Source: a virus
Virus record (IMG/VR): IMGVR_UViG_3300045988_098562
Span: 19,484 to 83,483 of that record
DNA: 64,000 bases
Direction: 5' to 3' (one strand)
Shown: piece by piece, positions 48,104-58,628 of the stretch
Layout of the letters: every line of letters starts with the position of its first letter
Numbering within the stretch: position 1 is the first letter of the stretch
Notes under the pieces: generated by a model
The model's database searches: none
The model's input: the letters and a program-made list of their open reading frames with translations, nothing else
What the model was told of the DNA's origin: nothing
Translations under genes and position numbers: made by a program

Positions 48104-48288
48104 TCGAATAATAATGATATTATTGAAAAGAACAATCCCGCTGAAGCCAGTAGATAAGGTACGTTCATTAATAATTTAGATACCTCGTCTGTCTTAATCA
48201 CTATCAGAAGGAAAGCGCCTGCTGAAAGCAATGATATTATCGCCACAACAAGCGCTATGTTGGAAACTACATCAGCCTTACTCTTCAC
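48049..48288 (-). CDS. small two-TM membrane protein (79 aa)
   Basis: Two hydrophobic helices; overlaps both neighbours, so start is uncertain. Confidence 0.3.
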   Translation of the reverse strand: MKSKADVVSNIALVVAIISLLSAGAFLLIVIKTDEVSKLLMNVPYLLASAGLFFSIISLLFEWKARKRSYTSANDVDEK

Positions 48289-48748
48289 TCTTCTTCTCGC
48301 CTAATTTTTCAGCTCCCTTCTGAAGATCGTATTTAAACACTTCAATGATTTTCGTTTCCACAATAGACTCGCAATTCCAGTCTCCTAACGTACCCTGCAT
48401 ACCTTTAGTCAACACAGCTTCGGCATCCTTAGGATTGCCGGCCTGGATATACATATAGCATGGAGTTTTCTTTTCTTTACCTTTCTTTTCATCCAGTGTA
48501 ACGTAATTCACCTTACACTTATACCAGTACTCAGCTTCTCCGTTGAAGAAGATTTCCGACACTTTAATAGGATTAATTTTTACAACCTCGAAAGAATTGT
48601 ACAAATCCTTGAAGATCTCCAACGATCTTGATTCTGCCTCTGTGTAAGACAAGGCATCCACTAAATACTTTTCAGTTACTTTCTTTTTTTTGCCGTTCTC
48701 GGTATTATCAATCTCGGCTTTTACCGTAATTTCAAACCAGCGATTCAT
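48278..48748 (-). CDS. hypothetical protein (156 aa)
   Basis: ORF track. Confidence 0.5.
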   Translation of the reverse strand: MNRWFEITVKAEIDNTENGKKKKVTEKYLVDALSYTEAESRSLEIFKDLYNSFEVVKINPIKVSEIFFNGEAEYWYKCKVNYVTLDEKKGKEKKTPCYMYIQAGNPKDAEAVLTKGMQGTLGDWNCESIVETKIIEVFKYDLQKGAEKLGEKKSEE

Positions 48749-48759
48749 TGCATTAATAT

Positions 48760-49020
48760 TTAATTAGTTGATTTCTTTCCTTTTTCTATTTCTGTTTGAA
48801 GCCTGGCTGAGCACCATTGTAGTACATCCATCATCATCATATTATTATTTGATAATACACCTTTTATAACCAAAGCCAGTTGACGAGGAGACATACGCTG
48901 ACTCATATCAAACCTACATTCTTCTTCGTTTACTATCGTGACCACAAAATATTTGCAACCTTCTAAATGTATCAAGGCTTCAGCCATAGCCTCTTTAATC
49001 TTTTCTTCTTCCTCTTTCAT
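48760..49020 (-). CDS. hypothetical protein (86 aa)
   Basis: ORF track. Confidence 0.45.
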   Translation of the reverse strand: MKEEEEKIKEAMAEALIHLEGCKYFVVTIVNEEECRFDMSQRMSPRQLALVIKGVLSNNNMMMMDVLQWCSARLQTEIEKGKKSTN

Positions 49021-49158
49021 GTTTCTTACTTTTCGGACAAAGATATGTCTTTTGTTGCTTAATAAGAAACAAAATGATTTAATGTAAATTAATTTTCTTC
49101 CGGGTCAACACCGATAGACATATTGTATCTTTTCCTGATAAAGACTTCTGTTTCTTCA

Positions 49159-49413
49159 TTACCATAACTCTGGCTCTATGCTGTTTTTTATTCTATCACT
49201 GAAAAGAGAATTATCATCACAATCACAATGAGAGATTGTGATATAACAATCTTGATAATCCCACCAATGAGCCGATTTAAAATCGTCTCCTCCATTCCAA
49301 AACCCTATTCTTATACCTCTTGGGTTGAAATCTTCATCTATCCAACTTGGGTGATAAGCCAACACTTCTTCTCCCTCTGAAGGTTTTTCCTCTTTGTATT
49401 TCTTCCAGTCCAT
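49159..49413 (-). CDS. hypothetical Trp/Cys-containing protein (84 aa)
   Basis: ORF track. Confidence 0.45.
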   Translation of the reverse strand: MDWKKYKEEKPSEGEEVLAYHPSWIDEDFNPRGIRIGFWNGGDDFKSAHWWDYQDCYITISHCDCDDNSLFSDRIKNSIEPELW

Positions 49414-49424
49414 TTCACTTTTAA

Positions 49425-50222
49425 TTAGTTAGATACAAATATACAAGTTTTACTAAGATACCCTTCTGTCATCTCTATAAAGTTCACACAATCTAATTTG
49501 CTTAACTTGTAAATCAATGCCGGATTGTGTACTATGGCTATAATTTGTGTTTGTGGTTTATGGAATGACAATACATTATAAATTTGCATTATGTTGTCAA
49601 TGTCAAGATTCCTATCTGGCTCATCCATGAGAACCGTGTATTCAAAACTGCTTTCTGTTAATGTTATGCGGTTTCTTTCATAATACTTCAACAGGTTATC
49701 AATTCTTTTAATCCAAAACGCATTTGATTTTTTCTTGTATTCTACAAGATCTTGTATTGGAAACGTATAATCCTTTTGACCGAACATTAAATTGAAAAGT
49801 GATTCCAATGATAACACCACTTTCTCTCCATAAGATCTTCGAATATTATTCACATACAAATCTAAGTTGCTGATGTTTTTCAATACGCTATCTCGATTCA
49901 TCTCCGCCGATGGCAATAAACGGAATACCTTTCCTGCATAATCGGATAATATGTCAATCCCATCAAGAACCTTGTCATCATCATCAAATATAGGTGGAAA
50001 ATCCAGTGCCTCGATCGGTATTTCAGAGCACATGGACTTCTCGCATAACGCATACATTGATATGATGTTAAGCAAGGTTGATTTTCCACTACCGTTTTTC
50101 CCTATAATCACATTCACTCCTGGCTTGAAAATAAATTCTCTGCCATTTTCAAATGCTTCTATATCCGAAACATATTCAAATGGAGTTTTTGTATTGTCTT
50201 TTATTTTTACTTTATATATCAT
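49425..50222 (-). CDS. ABC/AAA-type ATPase (Walker A GKNGSGKST, Walker B-like VLMDEPDRNLD)
   Basis: P-loop and acidic Walker B with downstream D-loop-like LD; stand-alone 265-aa ATPase. Confidence 0.7.
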   Translation of the reverse strand: MIYKVKIKDNTKTPFEYVSDIEAFENGREFIFKPGVNVIIGKNGSGKSTLLNIISMYALCEKSMCSEIPIEALDFPPIFDDDDKVLDGIDILSDYAGKVFRLLPSAEMNRDSVLKNISNLDLYVNNIRRSYGEKVVLSLESLFNLMFGQKDYTFPIQDLVEYKKKSNAFWIKRIDNLLKYYERNRITLTESSFEYTVLMDEPDRNLDIDNIMQIYNVLSFHKPQTQIIAIVHNPALIYKLSKLDCVNFIEMTEGYLSKTCIFVSN

Positions 50223-50563
50223 TTTATACTGGCTATGTTATAAAACATACGGATGTTATTTAATTTCATATTTTTCTTCTCTAACTTTGTTTTACTCAAT
50301 CGAATCATATAGTCCCTTGTTTCGGACAAGACGGTTGGGTAAAAGAGGTCTTTGATATAAGGTTTTACCCTAAAAAAATATTCGTTGGGTAAGTAAAATC
50401 AAAAACGTTTTGTTTAGTAAAAGAATCCGGTGATCTCACTTTCGAGCAACCGGTAGAGGGTATTGGTGATACCCAGTATGAAGTTTCATACAAATGTATA
50501 TTGTTTTACGCTTTTTTGCGTAAAGTGGTGTATAATCACCTTGATGTTATCATTGTAATCCTT

Positions 50564-51418
50564 TTAAAAATCAATTACCGCCCGAACCATGTCTCCGATG
50601 TGCTTGTTGCCGGTACCCGTGAGGCCACTGGAGAAGACCACGTACCACGCGACGGCCTGGCTGCTCTCAGTACTGGACCAATACCACGTCGAGGAGAGGG
50701 GAGATGCCGAAACATAAGCGAATGCTTTGTTTAGTTCGTTCATATAATGGGCCATTAAATTTAATTGACCAAGAGATGGTATATACTCGCCATCTTCCAG
50801 CAGATTTCTCAATTTTGGATTTCTGGCTACAAGGCGTTCCGTATTTTTCTGTCCGTCAAAATCAAACAGCGCATCACATTCACGTTCGTAATATGTCCCA
50901 CTTCCGGATTCTTCACGGCTATCATCGTCAAGCAATTGTACGATATCATGTTCCGTCAGTGAGATTGCAAATGACATGTATCTGTGCTTCAACCCAATGT
51001 ATCGTACACAATCTTTGGAGTTATCGCCGGTAAACGGCTCTGCATGTCCATCTTTGTAGATTATATACAGTCCGTCAGTTGACTCTTTCTTATCCTCTTC
51101 GGATGGTACTCTGTTTTCACATGTACATTTCTCACTTTTGGATCTTACGATTATATTCAACTCATTTAATACATGACCCCTGATGACGCTCTCGCATGCT
51201 CTTCTTACAAAATCATGATCTCTTTGTTTGAGTTCATCATTCACCATGCATCTGATCCAGTTTTCTATCTGGTTGTCACCTCCATATGTATTAACCATGT
51301 ACCGTTTTACGTGTTTCTCTAATAACGGCTCTATGTTTTTGATTATATCTTCTTTGGTAAGGTGAAGTTCATTTAATATATAGTTCCTTACTGCCTTGTA
51401 TTCTTTACTTGTGCTCAT
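50564..51418 (-). CDS. hypothetical protein (284 aa)
   Basis: ORF track; preceded by 340-bp gap. Confidence 0.55.
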   Translation of the reverse strand: MSTSKEYKAVRNYILNELHLTKEDIIKNIEPLLEKHVKRYMVNTYGGDNQIENWIRCMVNDELKQRDHDFVRRACESVIRGHVLNELNIIVRSKSEKCTCENRVPSEEDKKESTDGLYIIYKDGHAEPFTGDNSKDCVRYIGLKHRYMSFAISLTEHDIVQLLDDDSREESGSGTYYERECDALFDFDGQKNTERLVARNPKLRNLLEDGEYIPSLGQLNLMAHYMNELNKAFAYVSASPLSSTWYWSSTESSQAVAWYVVFSSGLTGTGNKHIGDMVRAVIDF

Positions 51419-51429
51419 AATATACCGAT

Positions 51430-51897
51430 TTAATATTGTGAATCATATTTTCTTTCTCTCCCGCTGTCTTCCCCTATCGGATTGTCCCATCCATATTTTA
51501 CAGCCGTAGCTTTAAATAGAGGGAGTCCATAAAATGCATAATCATCCTCACCCCAGCCTTCAAGACCTTCTTCCAGAATGTAGTTCCACATCATCACACA
51601 TTCAAACATCAAACTGGCTGATATTCCTCTCTGATTTAATGCCTTTTCAAAACCGAATCTTACGTCTTCTTCAAGCTGTTTCAGGACATTTTCTCTGGTA
51701 AATTCAACTACAGTACTGTTCCACTTTTCCTCGTTGTCATATTCTTCATTCGGCTCCATACCGAAATCCTTTATCATGCTATATGGAACAAATTTAGCCA
51801 GTCTGTTAAAATCTCTACCGTCTAAACATTTTGATGTTAATTCTTTAAGTTGTTCTAATGTTTTCATAAGCAATTTTGTTTTATAGGTTAATCCCAT
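51430..51897 (-). CDS. hypothetical protein (155 aa)
   Basis: ORF track. Confidence 0.5.
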   Translation of the reverse strand: MGLTYKTKLLMKTLEQLKELTSKCLDGRDFNRLAKFVPYSMIKDFGMEPNEEYDNEEKWNSTVVEFTRENVLKQLEEDVRFGFEKALNQRGISASLMFECVMMWNYILEEGLEGWGEDDYAFYGLPLFKATAVKYGWDNPIGEDSGRERKYDSQY

Positions 51898-52397
51898 CCT
51901 CCAGTAGCATACAAAGAAACATCTTCCTCCTCTACATTTACACCTTTAAGAGCCTGTAGAAGTTTTTTCTTTGTCTCCCGGCACATATTGTAACCATATC
52001 CTTTATACCGATATGAGCGTTCCCATGTGCTTACTGGAAAAGGAATATTTTCATCAATGACCAGCCTCTTCATATGAAGATGTTCAAAGAATTTCTCATG
52101 GTAGAGTAGTTTGTACTCGTATGCTACTATACTTGCAGATGAGAATGGAAAATAATCATCTTCCTCTTCTACGTATTCAGGCTCCTTCCCTGTTCTTTCT
52201 ACAAATTCATGAAACCTTAAATCAATTTCATGTTTGACTTCTTCAATGTTGGATATTATCACCTCGTTTTCACAATTCGAGCAAATAGCATGCATAAAAG
52301 ATCCATCAAAATAATCTATTATTTTTCCGGTATTCGGATTTACTATGGCTTCACAAGCAACATTTGTTCCACCACATCTTGTACATATATATCCCAT
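51888..52397 (-). CDS. zinc-ribbon protein (169 aa; CTRCGG...CSNC)
   Basis: CxxC pairs; overlaps downstream gene. Confidence 0.5.
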   Translation of the reverse strand: MGYICTRCGGTNVACEAIVNPNTGKIIDYFDGSFMHAICSNCENEVIISNIEEVKHEIDLRFHEFVERTGKEPEYVEEEDDYFPFSSASIVAYEYKLLYHEKFFEHLHMKRLVIDENIPFPVSTWERSYRYKGYGYNMCRETKKKLLQALKGVNVEEEDVSLYATGGWD

Positions 52398-52540
52398 AAT
52401 TATCTGTTTTTAAAATGTTCAACAATTTCATCTACTGTAGCCTTACGCCACGCAAAGCAGGCCCCGTCTCCCCTGAACCGGAGCTCTTCGCACTTTCCCA
52501 CCTGTCTCCTGTGGCGTCCGTCACTATCAGCCATTATAAC

Positions 52541-53350
52541 CTATTCTTCTAAATCATTCTCTATCATAACTTCCTTTATCAATTCATCTGTCTCCTCGTA
52601 ACATCCCCAGCAAGAATCAACCTCTTCCCATTCTTCACAATCTTCATCCTCTCTTGATTCGTCTTTGTATTTCTTGGTAAATGCTACCTTCTTTTCAAGA
52701 ACGTACCCTTTTATATCTCCCCACATCCACATACCTATGGACTTTACTTCATTATCTATAATTTTGGCACAATCTTCTTTCCAGTCTCCTTCCTTATCGC
52801 AGACTTCATTATCATATTTTTCTTTTGTAACGTATGCTATCCCTTTTATATAATCACCTTGACTATAACCCCTTGTTGACCACTCTATAGCCACCACATC
52901 TTTTCCATATTTGGATATGATATCTAACAAATCTTCGTCATCCAGATCCTCTATTAATTCCCCTCTGCAATCAAAGTCCGTCAAATCACTTGGAAAAAAC
53001 TCTTGACCTATATATGGACTTGTCTTATGCTTCAACTCCCATACATTGCTACCTCTGTTGTATGTGAATGAGATCCCATTCGCTTCCCCTTTCTTTAAAT
53101 ATTTTACAATGTCTTTCTGTTCTATATGCTTCATTACAATAGCATCAATAACATCTCTAAGATTATGCTTGTTATCGTAGAAGAAAGTTTTCCAATTGCA
53201 TTCATCATGCAATCGATGCATATCAGAGTATTCAAAAAAGAATGACCCAAACAAACCCCAATTAGTTATAGGGCATTCTGAATCATGGCAATAATACACT
53301 TTAATGCGATAATCGCCTACTTCTTTTGTTGTAATAAGATCGTCTTCCAT
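52541..53350 (-). CDS. hypothetical acidic protein (269 aa)
   Basis: ORF track. Confidence 0.55.
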   Translation of the reverse strand: MEDDLITTKEVGDYRIKVYYCHDSECPITNWGLFGSFFFEYSDMHRLHDECNWKTFFYDNKHNLRDVIDAIVMKHIEQKDIVKYLKKGEANGISFTYNRGSNVWELKHKTSPYIGQEFFPSDLTDFDCRGELIEDLDDEDLLDIISKYGKDVVAIEWSTRGYSQGDYIKGIAYVTKEKYDNEVCDKEGDWKEDCAKIIDNEVKSIGMWMWGDIKGYVLEKKVAFTKKYKDESREDEDCEEWEEVDSCWGCYEETDELIKEVMIENDLEE

Positions 53351-53361
53351 GTCTTTATATT

Positions 53362-53814
53362 TTAAATAGTTCTTAATTTTTCTTCGATAAATTCATCTAT
53401 TACATCATAGTATGAGCCATCAAAATCCCCATATTTCTCTGTAAACTCTTTAGTCCACTCTTGAATGATGGCAAATGCCTCTTCCCTGCTACATTCTTTT
53501 AATCCCATTAGATCATCCACGGCTATCACCGACATCTCTTGCAGATTTCGTAAATAATTCAAATCTATGCTATATGGTAGCTTGCCTACTTCTATACATA
53601 CATAATGACCTTGTTTAAAGGCATCCTGCAAGTCTTCAAGACTCTCTATCAATGACTCAGACTCATCATCTATTCTTATCTTGTATAACTCAAAATCTTC
53701 ATTTTCTGCCGACACCCATATCTTATAGGCTTTTTCGTTGGACAATCTTTTCCAAACAAATCCGTCACTGAATACAATTAGGCTACCTGTTACTATCGTA
53801 TTTTTCATAACCAC
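53362..53814 (-). CDS. hypothetical protein (150 aa)
   Basis: ORF track. Confidence 0.5.
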   Translation of the reverse strand: MVMKNTIVTGSLIVFSDGFVWKRLSNEKAYKIWVSAENEDFELYKIRIDDESESLIESLEDLQDAFKQGHYVCIEVGKLPYSIDLNYLRNLQEMSVIAVDDLMGLKECSREEAFAIIQEWTKEFTEKYGDFDGSYYDVIDEFIEEKLRTI

Positions 53815-53816
53815 TT

Positions 53817-54131
53817 TTAATCTGTTATTCTGTAATAATAATCAAGTTCTTCTCCCTTAAAGTTGTTCATGGCATACTCGTCAGCTTCTCGCCACAACCG
53901 GTCATACAATGCAGCCAGTTCGCGATCACCTTCATAATGCTGCCAGATTTTATGATTCAATACAAGCGTTAATTCCGTGAAAAACTTATAATCATCTTTC
54001 CATTCATTAAACGCACGTCTGTAGGTATCCTTGACACCTGCTATACCATACTTGTCGGCTATGCTGAAATCTTCCCAAAAGGTAGTCATTAGGTTATAGC
54101 CCACTTCTTTCATAAATTCTTTGAATGTCAT
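53817..54131 (-). CDS. hypothetical protein (104 aa)
   Basis: ORF track. Confidence 0.5.
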   Translation of the reverse strand: MTFKEFMKEVGYNLMTTFWEDFSIADKYGIAGVKDTYRRAFNEWKDDYKFFTELTLVLNHKIWQHYEGDRELAALYDRLWREADEYAMNNFKGEELDYYYRITD

Positions 54132-54308
54132 AAGCTATTATTTTAGGTATATAATTACCTCATTAAATTTTTGAATTGTCATATAATTCCCCTGAATATG
54201 GACTGTATATTGTTCCGGCTTCCACCGTTCTCCACTAATGCCTCTTTGATGTACTTTAATCTTTTTGCATTCAGATCAACCTCTGCTTTTTCTATTTCTT
54301 TGTACAAT

Positions 54309-54824
54309 TCATTCAGATCCATATTCCACTATATTTATGTTGTCAAATTTTTCTTTTATAACATCCAAGGCGCCACACTCGTTTGTTACCATAGCATACT
54401 TTCCTGGCTTCATTCTCCACAGATTAAAATATCTTGTCACATTTATAATGTTGTTAAATAATGATATTTCGTATCTTGTGTTCCCATTTTCACCATGTCC
54501 CGCTTTTTTAAAATAACATAGGGTCGGCTTGTATTTGAAATAATTAAAAAGCCTATACCATCCCTTCCCGTTACATGTTTCACGATTCCATATTCCAGTA
54601 AGCTTCCTATATCCCCTTACTGGTATTTTCTCTATTTCTTTTGGTACAATCTTGACATACTCTCCTTCTCCGATTGGTATAGTCATATTGCCTGCCTTTT
54701 CCGTGCAAAAGTATTCTATTTCAGATGCCATGCCTTTATATACATAGAACCGGTATAGGTTCCCGTCAGGGTCTACCCGATCCATGTAATATAATATCAC
54801 TTTGTCTACTTTTATCTTTTTCAT
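54309..54824 (-). CDS. hypothetical protein (171 aa)
   Basis: ORF track. Confidence 0.5.
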   Translation of the reverse strand: MKKIKVDKVILYYMDRVDPDGNLYRFYVYKGMASEIEYFCTEKAGNMTIPIGEGEYVKIVPKEIEKIPVRGYRKLTGIWNRETCNGKGWYRLFNYFKYKPTLCYFKKAGHGENGNTRYEISLFNNIINVTRYFNLWRMKPGKYAMVTNECGALDVIKEKFDNINIVEYGSE

Positions 54825-55072
54825 TCCTTTATTCTCCTTATCTTTAAATCGTTATTCCCACAGTATTCCTTCAGCCAACTATCCGTTAGATAACGATTAA
54901 CTCTATCGTATTTCTTTTTCGGGCCCTTGCTCCAGAATTTCCATTCTTTTGTGATATTGTACCCATATTTATCAAACCAATAGATATAATACACTACGTT
55001 ACCGTATAAATCCACTCTTTTTCTTTCCTGTATGACTACCTCGTAAGGCATCTTCTTGTCTCTTTTCTCCAT
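54821..55072 (-). CDS. hypothetical protein (83 aa)
   Basis: ATGA-coupled. Confidence 0.45.
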   Translation of the reverse strand: MEKRDKKMPYEVVIQERKRVDLYGNVVYYIYWFDKYGYNITKEWKFWSKGPKKKYDRVNRYLTDSWLKEYCGNNDLKIRRIKE

Positions 55073-55150
55073 CTTTGTCCTCCTTTCTTGAATAAAAAAA
55101 ACGGCACCTATCTTCGCAGACCAGTGCCGGTAACTAACTTACATGGAAAA

Positions 55151-55561
55151 CTACTTAACCTCAACTAATTCTACAGAGTTGTAGAATTTAGTGAAGCTAC
55201 CAACAAATTCTCTTATATTTTTATATTCTTCTGGTCGTTTTCTGTTACCGTCTTTTATGTAATTCACCCACAGTCTATCCTCTATGTTCTTAATCGCATT
55301 TTCTATAGTAAATTCGTCGCTGACACACATTAAACACGAAGATCCGGTTTTCTTATGTGGTTTATACACCCTTAAAAAAGACCACATTTTTATCCTGTCG
55401 TATATATATCCGTTGTTTGGATAAACGAATCCTATCCGGCTGTCACCTTCTTTGGCATAAAATACACCTGGCTCCTTCCCGCCCTTTCTATATACTACGA
55501 ATCCTTTTTCTTTTAGGATCTTAACCACTTTATTTAATTTATTTTCTACGTTCATTTTCAT
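55151..55561 (-). CDS. hypothetical protein (136 aa)
   Basis: ORF track. Confidence 0.5.
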   Translation of the reverse strand: MKMNVENKLNKVVKILKEKGFVVYRKGGKEPGVFYAKEGDSRIGFVYPNNGYIYDRIKMWSFLRVYKPHKKTGSSCLMCVSDEFTIENAIKNIEDRLWVNYIKDGNRKRPEEYKNIREFVGSFTKFYNSVELVEVK

Positions 55562-56012
55562 GCAAAAATTTAAAAACGACCTTCATTACATTTCCAAAGT
55601 TCTCCACCTTAACCCACTCGTGAGCTACTGCTCTAAGTACGGATGTTTCGTATGTCGGAATATCGTCTTCTTCAACCACCGTACAAGAAGCCAGAACTCC
55701 TTCAGTCGGCTTTAGTCCGAGGTCATGCAGCTCGCAGAGACCGCCCGGCTGGCGGAATGCGCACCACCCGTCTTTCTCTGTTGGCTGGATCATCGCTATT
55801 GGTTTTTCTTTCACTGCAAGATACCCTACCATCCACATTGTTTCTTTTAACCTGTCAGCGTATCCGGCATCTATGATAGCCTCTATGTCTTTTGGCGTAC
55901 CAATACAGGGAACTTTACACATGTTTTTACATTTATCACATGTACAAGGTTGCTCCCATCTGTTATGATCTATGCCTACCAACTTCTTTATCCGTTCTAC
56001 TTCTTCTTTCAT
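55539..56012 (-). CDS. Cys-rich hypothetical protein (157 aa)
   Basis: CTCDKCKNMCKVPC cluster. Confidence 0.5.
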   Translation of the reverse strand: MKEEVERIKKLVGIDHNRWEQPCTCDKCKNMCKVPCIGTPKDIEAIIDAGYADRLKETMWMVGYLAVKEKPIAMIQPTEKDGWCAFRQPGGLCELHDLGLKPTEGVLASCTVVEEDDIPTYETSVLRAVAHEWVKVENFGNVMKVVFKFLHENERRK

Positions 56013-56013
56013 A

Positions 56014-56298
56014 TTATACTATCTCTGTTAGTTTTTCATAATACAACTTCATTTCCGGTGAAGCATATTCCATGAATGCTTCGAATAAGTAGGGTACCTC
56101 TATTATCATATTCACATTACAACCTTCTGCCTGTGAAAGAGATTCAAGATCATTGCTGTATGAACACATTACATAAGCTCCTACATTAAACACATGTAAA
56201 TCTAATCTTACATATTCCATACATAAATCTAACGCTTTAAACAAGTTTTCTACCTCAATCTCCTGAAATAGGTCTATAAACATCCTTAAATCCATCAT
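56014..56298 (-). CDS. hypothetical protein (94 aa)
   Basis: ORF track. Confidence 0.45.
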   Translation of the reverse strand: MMDLRMFIDLFQEIEVENLFKALDLCMEYVRLDLHVFNVGAYVMCSYSNDLESLSQAEGCNVNMIIEVPYLFEAFMEYASPEMKLYYEKLTEIV

Positions 56299-56678
56299 TT
56301 TACTACCCTTTCTATGTGTTTAATTAATACTACCGCCATTCCATTGCCGGTTTTTATCGCACATTCCGATCCTTTTATCCATTCTACACATCCTACATAC
56401 TTTTCTGTAGAATGAAAACCTGGATTGTATTTTCCAGATGTACTGAACTCTACCGTATTCCCCACCTTCAGATCATCAAAAGCAATAGACCATGTGGTCC
56501 AAATTCTATCATGTCTCCCAGGCTGAATAGCTCCGATTACGCCTTTTTTACGACCGTTTTTTATCGCCCTTAGTATTATCTTTCTATCACCTTCGATAAG
56601 GCTGCAAAAGCGCCCGTAAAAGGTCAAATCAACCTGTTTTCCTCCTATTTCTTCTCTTATTTTTGTTATTCTGTTCAT
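56295..56678 (-). CDS. hypothetical protein (127 aa)
   Basis: ATGA-coupled. Confidence 0.5.
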   Translation of the reverse strand: MNRITKIREEIGGKQVDLTFYGRFCSLIEGDRKIILRAIKNGRKKGVIGAIQPGRHDRIWTTWSIAFDDLKVGNTVEFSTSGKYNPGFHSTEKYVGCVEWIKGSECAIKTGNGMAVVLIKHIERVVK

Positions 56679-56922
56679 TTTCTGATTTTGTTTTATTTTT
56701 TTCCTTGTTTTTTCTATCTTCTATAGAAGATGATAATAACATTATCTTTTCTATGTTACTTTTTGACTGTAAAAAAGAATCGCATTTCATTACTACTACC
56801 ACCTTCTTAAGTTCCCCATTATCGTATAGCGATACACGCATCATGTTTTGCGCCTCGTCCACTATCAGACCTGGAGTAGTCTTAGCCATTTTACGTAGCT
56901 TGTTATACTCCGGTCTTTCCAT
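56629..56922 (-). CDS. hypothetical protein with Lys/Asn-rich tail (97 aa)
   Basis: Overlaps neighbours by 20-50 nt; start uncertain. Confidence 0.35.
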   Translation of the reverse strand: MERPEYNKLRKMAKTTPGLIVDEAQNMMRVSLYDNGELKKVVVVMKCDSFLQSKSNIEKIMLLSSSIEDRKNKEKNKTKSENEQNNKNKRRNRRKTG

Positions 56923-57187
56923 TTCCTCTGTTTATTACTCTATAGTATTTATCCTTATCCCCTTCTTCTAACTTCTCCAGATAGAAAATTCCATCATGCA
57001 AATGAGACAAACAAAACCTGTATCCGTATTTCTGTACTCTTCTTACATGATCCCGCAGTCTTATCTCTTCACTTTTGTCTTGTACTTTGATCTTAATACT
57101 GTCTCCTTCTTTGATTGTGTATAAAATAGTTTGAATCTCTTCTTTTTTCATCTTATAAAATATTTTAACGGCAGCACCTATACTCAC
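56903..57187 (-). CDS. hypothetical protein (94 aa)
   Basis: ORF track. Confidence 0.45.
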   Translation of the reverse strand: MSIGAAVKIFYKMKKEEIQTILYTIKEGDSIKIKVQDKSEEIRLRDHVRRVQKYGYRFCLSHLHDGIFYLEKLEEGDKDKYYRVINRGNGKTGV

Positions 57188-57214
57188 GCACCACTACTGC
57201 CTTATGTTTAACAA

Positions 57215-58024
57215 TTAAATACTTAACTCTTCAATGGTCAAGCCTTTTTCTTTTGCCCACTTTAGCATCGCGCATAATTCTGTTTCTGACTTATATTTCG
57301 GATCACGCCACGCCCATCCGAATTTATCCAGGACATGATGATATAATTCGTCGGCCTTTGCCGTGTAAATGTCTTTGAATAAATGCTCCGAACCTTCCGG
57401 TATAAGCATCTCTGTTGTTGCAAAATCGGAATACGATAAACATCCGTAAGCATATTCTGTTATTTCACTCCATGCTTCTCCGGCTTTAAATCCAAATTCT
57501 TTTACAAAAGCCAAAGTTAGATACATATTTAATAATATTGTTACATCATATTCCGAATCTGACTTTCTTTCTATTATTTCCTTTTCAAATTCCTTTAAAT
57601 CTTCAGGCCCTAAAAAGATGTATCCTGATACCGACCGGTAATTAGCCTCCGCATACTTCTTGCATTTATCATCATTGGCAATCTTACCAATGTTAGATAA
57701 CATCTTTTGCCTCCATTCATCACAAAACTCTACCCTTACATCCATCCAATCAGTACCATAATTGCGATCTTTTGGATGTCCGACCGATATTACCTTTATG
57801 TTATTCACACCATATTCATAAAGGCGTTCGCCCACCTTATTCGCCCATTCCTGTACAAAAGGAATAAACTTATTGCAATAAGAATCAAAATCAAAATCTA
57901 ATTCCTCCTCATATTCCGGCATCTCTTTATAATCTTGTTCAAAGAAATAGCGAGGATCTGCTATTGTTTCATAGAAACTTACGTTAATGAAACAAAACTC
58001 GTTGGTTGTCGTTTTTAATATCAT
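57215..58024 (-). CDS. hypothetical protein (269 aa)
   Basis: ORF track. Confidence 0.55.
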   Translation of the reverse strand: MILKTTTNEFCFINVSFYETIADPRYFFEQDYKEMPEYEEELDFDFDSYCNKFIPFVQEWANKVGERLYEYGVNNIKVISVGHPKDRNYGTDWMDVRVEFCDEWRQKMLSNIGKIANDDKCKKYAEANYRSVSGYIFLGPEDLKEFEKEIIERKSDSEYDVTILLNMYLTLAFVKEFGFKAGEAWSEITEYAYGCLSYSDFATTEMLIPEGSEHLFKDIYTAKADELYHHVLDKFGWAWRDPKYKSETELCAMLKWAKEKGLTIEELSI

Positions 58025-58275
58025 AGCTTTTTGTATTTACGTACATTTTTCTTGCCATAGAATCTACACATGGCACGAATCTGATTATAAAATACTTTTG
58101 TCCTCCTGGCCTCAAAGTATTTAAACATTTCTTCATTCTTTGTTTCCCAAACGTAATCCGTTTGGGAACTCATGTGATTTTTGTCCTTGCGCGAATAATG
58201 GTAATATGATACCACAACACGTTTCGCACCATTCTTTACAGGTACGATATTCACATCTATGTTATCATCTGTCAT
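58021..58275 (-). CDS. hypothetical protein (84 aa)
   Basis: ATGA-coupled. Confidence 0.45.
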   Translation of the reverse strand: MTDDNIDVNIVPVKNGAKRVVVSYYHYSRKDKNHMSSQTDYVWETKNEEMFKYFEARRTKVFYNQIRAMCRFYGKKNVRKYKKL

Positions 58276-58394
58276 CTTATTATTGTTTTATGCATTATAT
58301 AAATACAAAGAGCGCATACCTTCACAGGCCGGCGCTCTTTTCAATAAAAATGAAAAAACTAACATTACATAAACATATTGTTTTCTGCTCTTTA

Positions 58395-58628
58395 TTACAA
58401 TACTTTTGTCCCACAATTGTTATATCGTCCGTACTCTTTTTTCGTATCATTCAAGATTTCAAACACCATCTTCTTATGATCTTTGTTTGGTAACTTGTCT
58501 TCAACAGCCGATATCACGCTCGCTATAGACGTAAAGCCTGAATCTGTTATTGAACACAACAACAAACCTCTGTCGTCGTCTGTGCTTATCGCTGACGCCT
58601 TTATAATATCATTCCTATATATTCTCAT
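58395..58628 (-). CDS. hypothetical protein (77 aa)
   Basis: ORF track. Confidence 0.35.
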   Translation of the reverse strand: MRIYRNDIIKASAISTDDDRGLLLCSITDSGFTSIASVISAVEDKLPNKDHKKMVFEILNDTKKEYGRYNNCGTKVL

